DNA from: an uncultured Candidatus Binatia bacterium
GTDB lineage: Bacteria > Desulfobacterota > Binatia > UBA9968 > JAJDTQ01
Reading direction: 5' to 3'
DNA: 64,000 nt
NCBI GenBank assembly: GCA_964291295.2
Contig: OZ219754.1
Location: forward strand, 544,001 to 608,000
Shown: positions 8,790 to 18,596 of the stretch, one piece after another
How the letters are laid out: each line of letters starts with the position of its first letter
How positions within the stretch are numbered: the stretch's first letter is position 1
Program-made: the position numbers and the translations under genes
The notes under the pieces: model-generated
The model's database searches: none
Seen by the model: the letters and a program-made list of their open reading frames with translations, nothing else
What the model was told of the DNA's origin: nothing

Positions 8790-10937
8790 TCACGGGGACT
8801 CGACCCGGGCGATCCGGCACGGCAACCCGCGCGTGTCCGCCGAGCCGGTGACCGGATCCCACGGGCCGTCATAGCGCATGGCCGCGTTGATGTTCACATC
8901 CAGAGCGCCGCGGTGGGGAGCGTCGGCCTCCGGGTACCACCAGCCCATGCCGGTGCGCACCACGTCGGGCAGCGTGGCCTCGGTGACACGGACCTTCAGG
9001 CGGCAGCGGCCCGGGCCGCCGGCGGTCTCCACCCAGACCCAGTCGTCCTCGACCAAACCATGACGCGCCGCCGTATCCGGGTGCAGCTGGAGCCACGGGT
9101 CGGGCGAGACCTTGCGCGCCCAGCCCTGGTCGCGGAAGCGCGAGTGGTGGTAGGTACGCTCCCGCACCCCGGTGAGGAGCGTCAACGGGTAGGCGTCGCG
9201 CACCGCGGGCGTGGTGCGCTCCCGCCGGGTCGGCGTGTAGTCCGGCAGTGGATCCAGACCCAACTCGGCAAGGCGCTCGGAATAGAGTTCCACCCGGCCG
9301 GTGCGGGTGCGGAAGCCGGCCTTCTCGAAGTCCCCGTACCTGAACGGGAAGGTCGCGTAGCCCTTCTCCCGCATCTGCTCCACGGTGACGCCGCAGTCGC
9401 CCAGCAGGAAATCGTTGAACTCGCGCTTGGTCTCCCAGGGAATGAAACGGCGCGCCTCCGTGATCCCCCGGGCTTCCATGCGCCGGGCCAGGTCGCGCGC
9501 AATGCGGAAGTCGCCGCGCGCCTCGCCCCGGGGTTCCACCACCGGCTGGACCAGGCTCAGACACGGCCCGGAGCCTTCCAGCGACACCTCTTCGTCCTCC
9601 AGGCCCGTGGTCTTGGGCAACACGAGGTCCGCGCATTCCGCGGTGGGATTCATCATGTGGGTCGCCACCGCGAGAAAGTCCAGGGACTCGAGCGCCGCCA
9701 GGGTCTTCGGCGTGTCGGGATAGGTCACCACGATGTTCACGCCGCTGGCGTACAGGGCGCGCACCGGATAGGGCTTCCCCGTCAGCATCGCCTCGATGAC
9801 CGAGGGATTGTGGCACGCCGTCTGCCAGCCCTCGGGTCCGGCCCAGAGCGGGAACCGGTGGGCCCCGAGGGTCCGTCTCTCCACCTCCGGCGGCAGCCGA
9901 AACTCCGGCTTGTGAAGCACTTCGATGTAGTTGGTGAACCCCGCCGGCTTCTTGACGCGCCGGTTGCCGCCCTCACGGTCCAGATTGCCGCTGATGGCCA
10001 CCAGGCAATGGAAGGCGCGAAAGGTCTGCACCCCGGCGCTGAATGCGTCGATGCCGTGTCCACTGACGAAACAGGAGGGGCCATCGGCATAGAACGCCGC
10101 GGCCCGCTCGATGGCCGCCCGCGGCACTCCGGTGAGCTCCGCCGCGCGCGCCGCCGGGTATTGCGCCGCCCGCTCGGCCAGCGCATCGAAACCGTGGCAC
10201 CAGCGCTCCACGAACGCACGGTCGTAACGCCCGTGCTCCACCAGCCAGTGGATCATTGCCAGCCCGATGGCGGCATCCGTGCCCGGGCGGGGCCGCAGCC
10301 ACAGGTCTGCCATGGTCGCCGCCGGCGTCTCTCCCGGATCGATGACCACGATGCACGCACCCCTGGCCCGGGCCCGCTTCAGCGCCTGCCATTGCGGCGG
10401 GTCCGCCGCATGGGGATTGCGCCCCACCACCAGTGCGCACCGGGTGTGGTCGATATCCTCGCCCTTGCCGATGGCCAGACCGGTGATCCGGTCGCTGAGG
10501 GCCCGGCACCCCCCGCACAGATCCTGATTCATCATCCAGTTGGGCGAGCCGAAAGCGCGCAAGAGCAGCGCCAGCATCACCCCCCGGCTGAAATGGGCGT
10601 TGCTCACCGCACCGCACAACGCCGCGGGACCGTACCGTGCGCGCACCGCCAGCATCGCCTCCGCCATCTGGTTCAGCGCGTCGTCCCACGACACCCGCTC
10701 CCACTGCCCTCCGCCCCGCGGCCCCTTGCGCCTCATGGGATGGAGCAGCCGGTCCGGATGGCCGGTCAGCTCCGGCAACCCCCGGATCCCCTTCACGCAG
10801 AACGCCCCCAGCGACGCCGGATGCTCCGGGTACGGCGACACCCGGGTCACCCGCCCGTCCTCGACGGCGACCCGCGACCCGCAGTGGGCGCTGCATTCCC
10901 AGCAGGTGCTCGGGATGATGGTTCTGCCGCGGTTCAT
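8790..10937 (-). CDS. Molybdopterin (bis-MGD) oxidoreductase, acetylene-hydratase-like clade
   Basis: N-terminal CWECSAHC...C 4Fe-4S motif, RLLHPMRR, PRPGTDAA, ADLVLP, C-terminal molydop-binding domain (HHSRFR, LHPDTA). Confidence 0.88.
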   Translation of the reverse strand: MNRGRTIIPSTCWECSAHCGSRVAVEDGRVTRVSPYPEHPASLGAFCVKGIRGLPELTGHPDRLLHPMRRKGPRGGGQWERVSWDDALNQMAEAMLAVRARYGPAALCGAVSNAHFSRGVMLALLLRAFGSPNWMMNQDLCGGCRALSDRITGLAIGKGEDIDHTRCALVVGRNPHAADPPQWQALKRARARGACIVVIDPGETPAATMADLWLRPRPGTDAAIGLAMIHWLVEHGRYDRAFVERWCHGFDALAERAAQYPAARAAELTGVPRAAIERAAAFYADGPSCFVSGHGIDAFSAGVQTFRAFHCLVAISGNLDREGGNRRVKKPAGFTNYIEVLHKPEFRLPPEVERRTLGAHRFPLWAGPEGWQTACHNPSVIEAMLTGKPYPVRALYASGVNIVVTYPDTPKTLAALESLDFLAVATHMMNPTAECADLVLPKTTGLEDEEVSLEGSGPCLSLVQPVVEPRGEARGDFRIARDLARRMEARGITEARRFIPWETKREFNDFLLGDCGVTVEQMREKGYATFPFRYGDFEKAGFRTRTGRVELYSERLAELGLDPLPDYTPTRRERTTPAVRDAYPLTLLTGVRERTYHHSRFRDQGWARKVSPDPWLQLHPDTAARHGLVEDDWVWVETAGGPGRCRLKVRVTEATLPDVVRTGMGWWYPEADAPHRGALDVNINAAMRYDGPWDPVTGSADTRGLPCRIARVESP

Positions 10938-11412
10938 GACATGAGATAGCCGACCCGGGCGCCGGCGCGCGCCGGCACGGCAACCGCCGAATGGTATCCA
11001 GGGGGCTGACCCGGTGTCAAGAAGCAGTCTTGTCCAATGCAAAGTGGGCCTGAAAACATGAAGCGATTCCAACGCAGAGTGAGCCTGAAGCCGTGGCGCC
11101 GGGGATCATCAGGAGATGAGCGTGACACTTCGAACGGAACCTCAAAGGACCAGAAGCCTGTGCTGCAGAAAATTTTCGTGGGACAGAGATCCACCAGAGG
11201 CCCACTTGGCACCCAATTCATGTCCAATAATGGGACAAGACTACACGGTTCTGACATTTTGGACGAAAATCCGGACATGCTTCCCACCAGTCACCTGCCG
11301 AAGCATCCTGCGACACAGGCTCCCAAGCGGGAGATAGCGCGAACTTGCGTCCAAATGGTACCTGTTTGGCACCCGGAATGAGCCGGCGCAGGGCGAAGCG
11401 AGGAGCCCTCAA

Positions 11413-11570
11413 ATGCCGAAACTCACCAAACGTGTTGTCGATGCCTTGAAGCCGGAAGCGTCCGGAATCGTCCATTGGGACGACGCCATCCAGGGCTTCG
11501 GCGTTCAAGTGTGGCCTACCGGTCGAAAGTCCTGCATCGTCAAATGCCGCTGCCGTGGTCGCCAGATCAA
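11413..11570 (+). pseudogene. Tyrosine-integrase N-terminal arm-binding domain remnant (DUF4102-like), fused in frame to an IS630 fragment
   Basis: MPKLTKRVVDALKP...WDDAIQGFGVQVWPTGRKS..V is typical of the P4-like integrase arm domain; no catalytic domain follows. Confidence 0.7.
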
Positions 11571-12071
11571 GATTCAACGCCATGGCACCCGCTGCCGCGC
11601 AGGGATGCCGCCCGAGGACAAGGATCCGGTGGCCCGTCACGCGCCGACGTGCCAATCCGCCGCCTGCTTCGGCGCGGTGAGTTTGTGCAGCGGCAAGTTC
11701 GTCCACACTTTTTCGCCGGTGTTCAATGCGCTCACGTTCGGGACCTTCCTGAAGAGCCTGCTACGCCGCCGCCCGCGCAACAAAATGATGCTTGTGGTTC
11801 TCGACAATGCGCGCTACCACCACGCCAAACTCCTCAGACCCCTGCTGGGCACCCATCGGGCGCATCTGGAATTGTTGTTCCTGACGCCCTGCAGCCCGCA
11901 GCTCGCTCCTATCGAAAGGGTCTGGAAGCTCACCCGGCGCCGCGCCACCCGCAACCTCTGCTTTGGCAGTCTCCACGAGCTGCTCTCCGCCGTCGAAACC
12001 TGTTTCGCTCAGTGGCGAAAACCCAATGTCCCATTGCAACGACTGTGCCGCATGGCTCACGTCGTTGTGTA
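11571..12071 (+). mobile_element. IS630-family transposase fragment (DDE domain lacking the first Asp) with probable right end
   Basis: FGAV...VLDNARYHH...LFLTPCSPQLAPIERVWK motifs; ends near a TA dinucleotide where the OLD remnant is cut off. Confidence 0.75.
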
Positions 12072-12619
12072 TGACAACGACGTGATGTTCTCGGTTTCAG
12101 TGAGTTGGCTGAGGATGAAGCCGCGAGACTCTTTCAGATGTCGGTCAGAAATCGCGCCGATCAGGCTGACTGCCACTTTGGCCCGATCCGATGCCGTGAA
12201 GGGAACGCCTTCATCCTCGTCGGTCTTGATGACCGCCCATGTTGGCTCAAGCTCCTCGGCGACCGTGAGTCGGACACGCAACGCATCTTCCAGGCGACTG
12301 GATCATCGGCCCGGGTCGACGTCTCCGCGTTCCAAGCGCAGAGCGAATGACCGTACTTTTCAAGGTAGCGGAACGCATTGGGCAGATCACCCAAAACCAC
12401 TTCTATCGTAATCGGGCTTTCCGGCTTGCATGGGTGGAAGTCGGCGTCATCGAATGACAGGTTCCACTGCGGATGAGAAATGCGTCGCAGCGCGTCGAGG
12501 ATCGTGGACTTTGTAGAATCGCCCCGCCTTGCAAGACACATGACATTGCGGTCAGGCACTGGCCAGTCGAGTTCGCGAATACCTCGGAAATTTCTCACTG
12601 AAATATGGCGGATCCGCAT
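12072..12619 (-). pseudogene. OLD-family ATP-dependent nuclease N-terminal remnant (frameshifted, truncated)
   Basis: MRIRHISVRNFRGI..., degenerate Walker A (RRGDSTKST), FDDADF; continues in another frame (VRLTVAEELEPTW) and stops at the IS630 fragment. Confidence 0.75.
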
Positions 12620-12624
12620 AATGG

Positions 12625-13004
12625 CTCACCTCCGCTTCCGCAACTTCGGCTCGGTTGCTTTGCGGGCGGCCGCTGCAGCCGGCATCAAGAAGACCTCGAG
12701 TGCGCCAATGACATCGCCAAGCGATCCTGGATCCATCGCCACATCTCGCTTGAAGGCTTCCTACTGTTTAGCCAAGCAGATCGAGATCGCGTGTGCCGCG
12801 AAACGGCTCGTCGAACCAGGTCATCAGAAGCATCGCCCCCTTGAGCACAAAGCGATCAGCGTACTGTGATTGCGCCAGCCGGTAGAGCAGCCGTTCGATG
12901 GCGTATCGCGTGAGGACCAACTCGAAATTCTGGCCCTTCTCCTTGCTGATCCGAAGGAGACGGGCTCGGACGGATGCGCCGAGGTTCTTGATCTCCTTAG
13001 CCAT
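12625..13004 (-). pseudogene. AbiEii/AbiGii nucleotidyltransferase toxin, internally deleted
   Basis: N-terminus SVRARLL...YAIERLLYRL...FVLKGAML...RGTRDLDLLG then stop; immediately followed by a C-terminal-like remnant KQ*EAFKRD...LGDVIGALEVFLMP. Confidence 0.8.
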
Positions 13005-13614
13005 TGGCGGTCAGCGCCTCCAGATAGGGTCGCATGACGGTGGAAACGCCGCCGCGTTCGGCGTGCCGGGCGATCTCGGCAGGGGTCGCCTTGCGCTGCC
13101 GAAGCGCTTCTTGCAGCCCTTCGAGTGCGATAGAGGGACCGACGGTTCGGCGATGCCGGAAACAGTCGGCGATTGTCTTGGCCACGCCAAAAACCTTCAC
13201 CGACACCCCCTCGATCTGCACGGTGATGACATCGTCAGCGAGGAGCGTGTCGGTGAACCGCACAATCTGGATTGACGGGCTCACTTCCTGCGGCGCCCAA
13301 TCTTTCGTACCGATCGCCATCCAGACGGCGCGTGGCAGTTGATCCGTCAGCTCATGGAATGAGAGCGCCGAGATCAGGCAGACTACGCCCTTGGGAACGC
13401 GCTTGGCCGCCTCCGCCAGACTGTGGTTGGCGCCGACCGGCGCATCCGGCATTTGGTAAAGCCCCCGCGCAAGCCGAATGACATCGCCGGCCTCGACCAT
13501 GCGGCTGATGGTGGCGGCCGTTATCCCGGCCTCCCTGAGCTCGGACAGGCGCACGATCCCCTTTTTTCGCAGGAGGTTGGTCGCTTGATCGCGCTGGGTG
13601 CCCGGCTTCGGCAT
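12997..13614 (-). CDS. Type IV toxin-antitoxin AbiEi-family antitoxin / transcriptional regulator
   Basis: N-terminal wHTH (RLARGLY), VCLISALSFHELTDQLP, AKTIADCFRHR, MRPYLEAL; overlaps the toxin start. Confidence 0.88.
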   Translation of the reverse strand: MPKPGTQRDQATNLLRKKGIVRLSELREAGITAATISRMVEAGDVIRLARGLYQMPDAPVGANHSLAEAAKRVPKGVVCLISALSFHELTDQLPRAVWMAIGTKDWAPQEVSPSIQIVRFTDTLLADDVITVQIEGVSVKVFGVAKTIADCFRHRRTVGPSIALEGLQEALRQRKATPAEIARHAERGGVSTVMRPYLEALTANG

Positions 13615-13663
13615 TGATACAAAACCATGTAACTGCGGATCTGAGTTCCGAGATTTTGTATCA
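13615..13663. promoter_or_regulatory. Inverted-repeat operator of the abiE operon
   Basis: TGATACAAAA (13615-13624) and TTTTGTATCA (13654-13663), with an inner AACT/AGTT match, abutting the antitoxin start codon; AbiEi proteins are known to autorepress at promoter inverted repeats. Confidence 0.7.
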
Positions 13664-13889
13664 TCCTGTCCTGGCTGGGTAAGGCAGGGGAATTACATAC
13701 TTGACTACCCAAGCCCGACATCGTCGCGGCGCCTGTTGAACTCCTGATCTGTCAGATCCCGTCCATCGAGAAGGTCTGACCTCCCAGGATTCCGGGCACA
13801 TTTCTGTACTTTGCTCTCCTTGACCAACTTGTTGAGCATTCCCCGGACCATACCGTCGTTACCGCTCTTCATCGCCGCTCTTCATCGCG

Positions 13890-14249
13890 TATCCCGACTC
13901 CGGAATATTCCAGCCCTCTTGACAATTTCGGCCGCGCCAATAAAGTGGTGGGCGAAACGCGGGTGAATGTTGCGAGGCTCCAAAACCATATTGATGAGTG
14001 AGACAGACCCCTCCAATTCGGAAAGCCCACCGGAGCCCGTGCGGTCAGACCTGCTGTTGATGACAAAATCACCAGGTCTGACACGTCGGTCTTGGCTGCC
14101 GTCTCAAGCTGAGGGACAATTCCGTTCTTCGTCACCGATAACGGTGGAAGATCTCGATCACTGACCTTTTCTTTTCGTCTGCGGAAAAACTGGCTTGGCC
14201 GTTTTGAGGCCCATTCTTTCGGTGCGTGTTCGAGCATGATTTCCGTCAT
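13890..14249 (-). pseudogene. hsdS: Type I R-M specificity subunit (HsdS) N-terminal remnant
   Basis: PKEW...RKEKVSDRDLPPLSVTKNGIVPQLETAAKTD, frameshift, then GDFVINSRSDR.GSGGLSELEGSVSLIN; RBS GGAGGT; lies directly after the hsdM remnant. Confidence 0.72.
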
Positions 14250-14490
14250 GCCGCGACCTCCTTCAACAGTCCGTGATCTCGGCCTCAAGCTGCTTCAGTT
14301 CCTCTTCGATCACTTCCAGCGGCCGCGGCGGGACGTATTTGTAGAAGCAATGGTTGAAGTTGATCTCGTAGCCAACGCGCCCGACCTCGCCGTCCCGCGT
14401 ATCGACCCAGGTCTCGTCAATCCAGGCGTCGGGCACGAAGGGGATGACTTCCCGCGCGACGTAGTTGCGCCAGTTCTCTCTCAGCGGAAA
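14246..14490 (-). pseudogene. hsdM: Type I R-M methyltransferase (HsdM) C-terminal remnant
   Basis: YVAREVIPFVPDAWID...VGYEINFNHCFYKYVPPRPLEVIEEELKQLEAEI; a 1-nt frameshift hides the original end LLKEVAA* that overlapped the hsdS ATG. Confidence 0.8.
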
Positions 14491-14503
14491 CGACGGAGGC
14501 GTC

Positions 14504-15037
14504 ATGAAGTTCACCGGGCTCATTCTGCTGGCCATGCTCGCCGGCTCCGCGTACGCGGGCGATCTGGTGGAAGTCGTCCTGGTGGATCGCCTGGACGACC
14601 CGCGGGGGTTCTGCCTGGACATCCGCGGCCACAAGCAGCGGGCCAGGCCGAACCGGGGGCTTCAGGCACACAGTTGCTACAGCTACCAGGGACAGATCGG
14701 CGTCGACCAGGGGTTCGACAGCGACGCCATCAAGGCGGGGCGGTTCCACATGCCCGGCTTCGACGTGTGCATGACCGCGCCGGGCGAGGCCGGCGCCCGG
14801 CTGGGGTTGGCCCAATGTGACGGCTCCCCGGGGCAGGCGTTCTCGATGACGCCCAACGGCGCGATCGTCGCCGGGAGCGCTCCGACGCTCTGCGTGACAG
14901 TGGCGGGTGGCGAGTCGCGGCAGGGAGGCGGCGGCCAGCCGGTGCATCTCATACGGGGGCTGACGCTGGAAGAATGCGACCAGGCCCGGACCCGGTACCA
15001 ACGCTGGCGCGTGCGCGCCGCGGCCGACGGGATGTAG
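14504..15037 (+). CDS. Secreted ricin-B (beta-trefoil) lectin-like protein
   Basis: Signal peptide MKFTGLILLAMLAGSAYA; three C-L/M/V...C..Q-(F/W) subdomains (FCLDI, VCMTA..LAQCD..QAF, LCVTV..LEECD..YQRW); RBS GGAGG. Confidence 0.72.
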   Translation: MKFTGLILLAMLAGSAYAGDLVEVVLVDRLDDPRGFCLDIRGHKQRARPNRGLQAHSCYSYQGQIGVDQGFDSDAIKAGRFHMPGFDVCMTAPGEAGARLGLAQCDGSPGQAFSMTPNGAIVAGSAPTLCVTVAGGESRQGGGGQPVHLIRGLTLEECDQARTRYQRWRVRAAADGM

Positions 15038-15134
15038 CAGGAGCCGGCGGCCTCCACCGGGCTCCCGCCCGGCGTGAGGAGGCTGCGGAGCGTCCGACCC
15101 GGTCCCGGTAGCGCGGCCGGGCCGGTTCCCGCAA

Positions 15135-16211
15135 CTACTGAAGCGCGAACAGCGTCTTCGGATTCTCGGCGATGATCTTCTCGTACTGGGGCGCGGTGAT
15201 GCCGCCCGAATCCTTGAGGTTGCGCAGCGCCTCGATCTCGGTGGACTGGTCGTTGTGGCCGTAGTCGGTGCCGATGACGATGTTGTCCTCTCCCGAATAC
15301 CTGAAGATGTAGTCCACGTCGTCGTCCGTCTGGCATGACACGTACTGCCGGTATTCCTTGAGGGGATTGTCCGGGAAGTCCTTTCCCCGGGCGGCCCAGC
15401 GGCGCCTCAGATCCTTGACCACGTAAGGCACCCACAGCGCCGCGGCCTCGGCCCAATGGAAGCGGAGCCTGGGAAACAGCTGCGGCACCTCTCCCATGAT
15501 CACCGAATGAAACGCACCGATGACCGGTATGCGGAACTTCCAGAAGCTGCCGCCGCCGTTGTACTGGGAGACGAGGTCCAGCTCCCGGGGGTTGCCGTTG
15601 CCGACGTGGACGCCCACGGCCATGTCGAGTTCGCTCATCTTCTCGTACAGGGGATGGAAGTAGGGATCGGTGAGCAGCCGATGTCCCTCGATGCCGCGCA
15701 TGAAGACGCCGCAGGCGCCATTCCGCTTGCAGAACGCCAACTCCTCCAGGGCCGCGCTCATGTCGAGCAACGGCAGCACGCAGATCCACCGCAGCCGCCC
15801 CCGGCCTTGCCGGTGAATGTCGGCCAGCCAGCGGTTGTAGCCCTTGCTGATGGCCACCTCCCACTCGGGCTTTTCGGATATCTGCTCGATGAAGATGGTC
15901 GGATAGAGCACCTGGATGTCGACGCCGAGCTCATCCATGTGCTTGAGCCGCGCCTCCACGTTCTCCATCTCGCGGGTTTCCCTGGGCGTGAACATCACGC
16001 GGCCGGTACGGCCGGCGACTTCATCAAGTTCCCGGGCGGTCATGACGATGCGCACCAGCCCCCGGATCTTGCCGTCGATGAACCAGTATTCCGCTCCCCC
16101 TTCGCCGCTCGGCTTGACGACGATGGGGCGATACTTCCGGTCGGCCGGATCCATGTAGTCCCAAGTCTGTTCGGACTCGACCACATGGGCATCGGAATCG
16201 ATGGTGGGCAT
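15135..16211 (-). CDS. Amidohydrolase family protein (Amidohydro_2)
   Basis: IDSDAHVVE, YNRWLAD, VHVG, AEA..WVPY, GTDYGH. Confidence 0.9.
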   Translation of the reverse strand: MPTIDSDAHVVESEQTWDYMDPADRKYRPIVVKPSGEGGAEYWFIDGKIRGLVRIVMTARELDEVAGRTGRVMFTPRETREMENVEARLKHMDELGVDIQVLYPTIFIEQISEKPEWEVAISKGYNRWLADIHRQGRGRLRWICVLPLLDMSAALEELAFCKRNGACGVFMRGIEGHRLLTDPYFHPLYEKMSELDMAVGVHVGNGNPRELDLVSQYNGGGSFWKFRIPVIGAFHSVIMGEVPQLFPRLRFHWAEAAALWVPYVVKDLRRRWAARGKDFPDNPLKEYRQYVSCQTDDDVDYIFRYSGEDNIVIGTDYGHNDQSTEIEALRNLKDSGGITAPQYEKIIAENPKTLFALQ

Positions 16212-16423
16212 GGTCCCTACCTCCTGAGCGGAACCGAGGTCCGCGCGCGTGATGCATCCACGGCCTGACTACCACCTTTTCCACCGCGGAACCAGCGGAA
16301 ACGACGGCGTCCGGCGCCTTGACAAACCACCGTCCGGCCACTACTCACGAAACACGAAATGGCACCGCCGCCGAGCCGGGCGGCGCCATGGCCCGCGGGC
16401 CGCCTGACGGAAAGGAGTACGCC

Positions 16424-17521
16424 ATGCCGACGAAGTCCCGGGCCGCAATCCTGGTCGAATCACGCAAACCCCTGGTGGTGGACGAGGTCACGTTTCCGGA
16501 CCCGGCACCCGACCAGGTCCTGGTAAAAATCTACGCCAGCGGCATCTGCCACTCCCAACTCCACCAGATCCAGCGCGCCCCCGAGGAACAGCGCTCCCGG
16601 CTGCCGGCACTCCTGGGGCACGAATCCACCGGGGAGGTGGTGGCCCGGGGCCGCGGCGTCACCCACGTCAAGGAGGGCGACCGGGTCTTCACCACCTGGA
16701 TCGACCGCAATGCCCCGGAGTCGCCGCTGCCGCCGGTGTCCCATGCCCTCAACATGAGGCCGCCCATCCCGGCCGTCTGGCGCGGCGAATCGATCTGGGC
16801 CTCGGCGTCCACCTGGGCCGAGCATCTGGTGGCCTCCGAACGGGTGGTGCTGCCGATGGACGACGACGTGGACACCGAGGTCACGTCCATCGTCGGCTGC
16901 GCGGTCACCACCGGTGCGGGAGCCATCATCAACACGTTGCAGGTGCGGCCGGGGCAATCGGTGGCCGTCTACGGCGCGGGCGGCATCGGCATGTGCGCCA
17001 TCTCGGCCGCCGCTGTGGTGGACGCCTGGCCCCTGATCGCGGTGGACCTGGACGACGGGAAGCTGGAATTCGCCAAGGGCTTCGGCGCGACGCACGGCAT
17101 CAACGCCAGCAAGGTGGACCCCGTCGAGGCCATCACCGAACTCACCGGCGGCGGCGCGGACTACGCCCTGGATGCGGTGGGGCATCCCACCACCCAGGAA
17201 CAGATACTGCGCTCCGTACGCACCGGCGCTCCCGGGCTCGAGCGCGGCGGCACCGCCCTTCTCATCGGCCTGCCGCCCCCGGGCACAACGCCGCTGATCA
17301 ACACCCAGCTCTTCGCCGGCGGGCGCTGCTTCACCCGCACCCACGCCGGCGACTGCCTCCCGGACCGCGACTTCCCCACCTTTGTCCGCTGGTACCGCGA
17401 AGGCAAGTTGAAGCTCGACGACCTGGTGACCCGCCGTTACACCCTGGACCAGGTCAACGAGGCCGTAGCCGACCTGGAGGAAGGCCATATCCTGGGACGT
17501 GCGATCTTCACCTGTTCATGA
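16424..17521 (+). CDS. Zinc-binding alcohol dehydrogenase (MDR family)
   Basis: GICHSQ, LLGHES, VGCAVTTGAG, GAGGIG; RBS AAGGAG; lacks the structural-Zn four-Cys loop. Confidence 0.88.
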   Translation: MPTKSRAAILVESRKPLVVDEVTFPDPAPDQVLVKIYASGICHSQLHQIQRAPEEQRSRLPALLGHESTGEVVARGRGVTHVKEGDRVFTTWIDRNAPESPLPPVSHALNMRPPIPAVWRGESIWASASTWAEHLVASERVVLPMDDDVDTEVTSIVGCAVTTGAGAIINTLQVRPGQSVAVYGAGGIGMCAISAAAVVDAWPLIAVDLDDGKLEFAKGFGATHGINASKVDPVEAITELTGGGADYALDAVGHPTTQEQILRSVRTGAPGLERGGTALLIGLPPPGTTPLINTQLFAGGRCFTRTHAGDCLPDRDFPTFVRWYREGKLKLDDLVTRRYTLDQVNEAVADLEEGHILGRAIFTCS

Positions 17522-17545
17522 CGGCGTCATGACGGAGGCCCGCGG

Positions 17546-18583
17546 ATGTACATCGATTGCGACACCCACTATTTCCCGGTGAGATTCCTGGAGGGGATCA
17601 GCGACCGGTATCCGGAATCGCCGCGGGTGGTGCGCGACGGCGACGAGGTCAAGTCGGTGCTGCCGGACGGTACCCTCATCAAGAACCAGGCACCCAAGGG
17701 GCGCTGGGATCTGGACACCCGGGTGGCACAAGCCGACTTCGAAGGCTTCGACAAGCACGTGCTCATCCCGGAAAACCGCGAACTGCTTTACACTTGGGAC
17801 CGGGACCTGGGGTGCGAACTGGCCCGCCGTTACAACGACGCGGTGGCCCGGGACCTCGCCGAATGCGCCCATCCCGAACGCTACATCGGCGTCGGCTGGG
17901 TGTTCCTGCCGGACGTGGAGGCGTCCTGCAAGGAGCTGGACCGCATGGTGAACCGGCTCGGGCTCAAGGCCGTGAAGCTCATGGGCGGATTCGAGGACGC
18001 CAACCTCGGCGCCGAGCGGCTGTGGCCGTTCTACGACAAGGTGTGCCAACTCGACGTCCCGATCCTGGTGCACGACACGGCGTCGGACCGCCAGGGCCAC
18101 CCCAACCCGGCCCTGGTGGGCATCGAGCAGCTCTTTCTGGAGGCCGACAACAACGCCCTGCCCTTCCTGCTGGCGTTCCCGTTCCGTTACATCGTCGACA
18201 TGGGAAGCCTGATCCTGCGCGGTGCGCTCAAGGAGTTCCCCGCACTCCGCATCTGCTTCGTGGAGGGCTCGGCCGCCTTCGTGCCTTGGCTCATGAACCG
18301 CCTGGACATGGACCCCGACGCCCGCAGGAAGCTCGGCAAGGCTCCCAGCGCCTTCTTCAACCAGATCTGGGTGTCGGCCTTCGCCGCCGAGACCTCCATC
18401 CGCTACGCCTGCGACTTCTGGAAGGATCATAACCTCACGGTGGGCAGCGACTACCCGCACAACGATCCGTCGGGCACCTGGAAGGAAGGCACGGTGCGGA
18501 TGGTGCGCGAACTGGAAGGAATCCCGGACCAGGACAAGGAGAAGATCCTGGGCGGCAACGCCATGCGGCTGTTCGGGATGTAG
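17546..18583 (+). CDS. Amidohydrolase family protein (Amidohydro_2)
   Basis: IDCDTH, YNDAVA, ILVH, FVEG..FVPW, GSDYPHND, ILGGNA. Confidence 0.9.
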   Translation: MYIDCDTHYFPVRFLEGISDRYPESPRVVRDGDEVKSVLPDGTLIKNQAPKGRWDLDTRVAQADFEGFDKHVLIPENRELLYTWDRDLGCELARRYNDAVARDLAECAHPERYIGVGWVFLPDVEASCKELDRMVNRLGLKAVKLMGGFEDANLGAERLWPFYDKVCQLDVPILVHDTASDRQGHPNPALVGIEQLFLEADNNALPFLLAFPFRYIVDMGSLILRGALKEFPALRICFVEGSAAFVPWLMNRLDMDPDARRKLGKAPSAFFNQIWVSAFAAETSIRYACDFWKDHNLTVGSDYPHNDPSGTWKEGTVRMVRELEGIPDQDKEKILGGNAMRLFGM

Positions 18584-18596
18584 CCGTTGACGAACC

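Noticed and set aside
13700-13890. Possible small winged-helix gene remnant (MVRGMLNKLVKESKVQKC) downstream of hsdS
   Set aside because: Too short and degenerate to assign by eye
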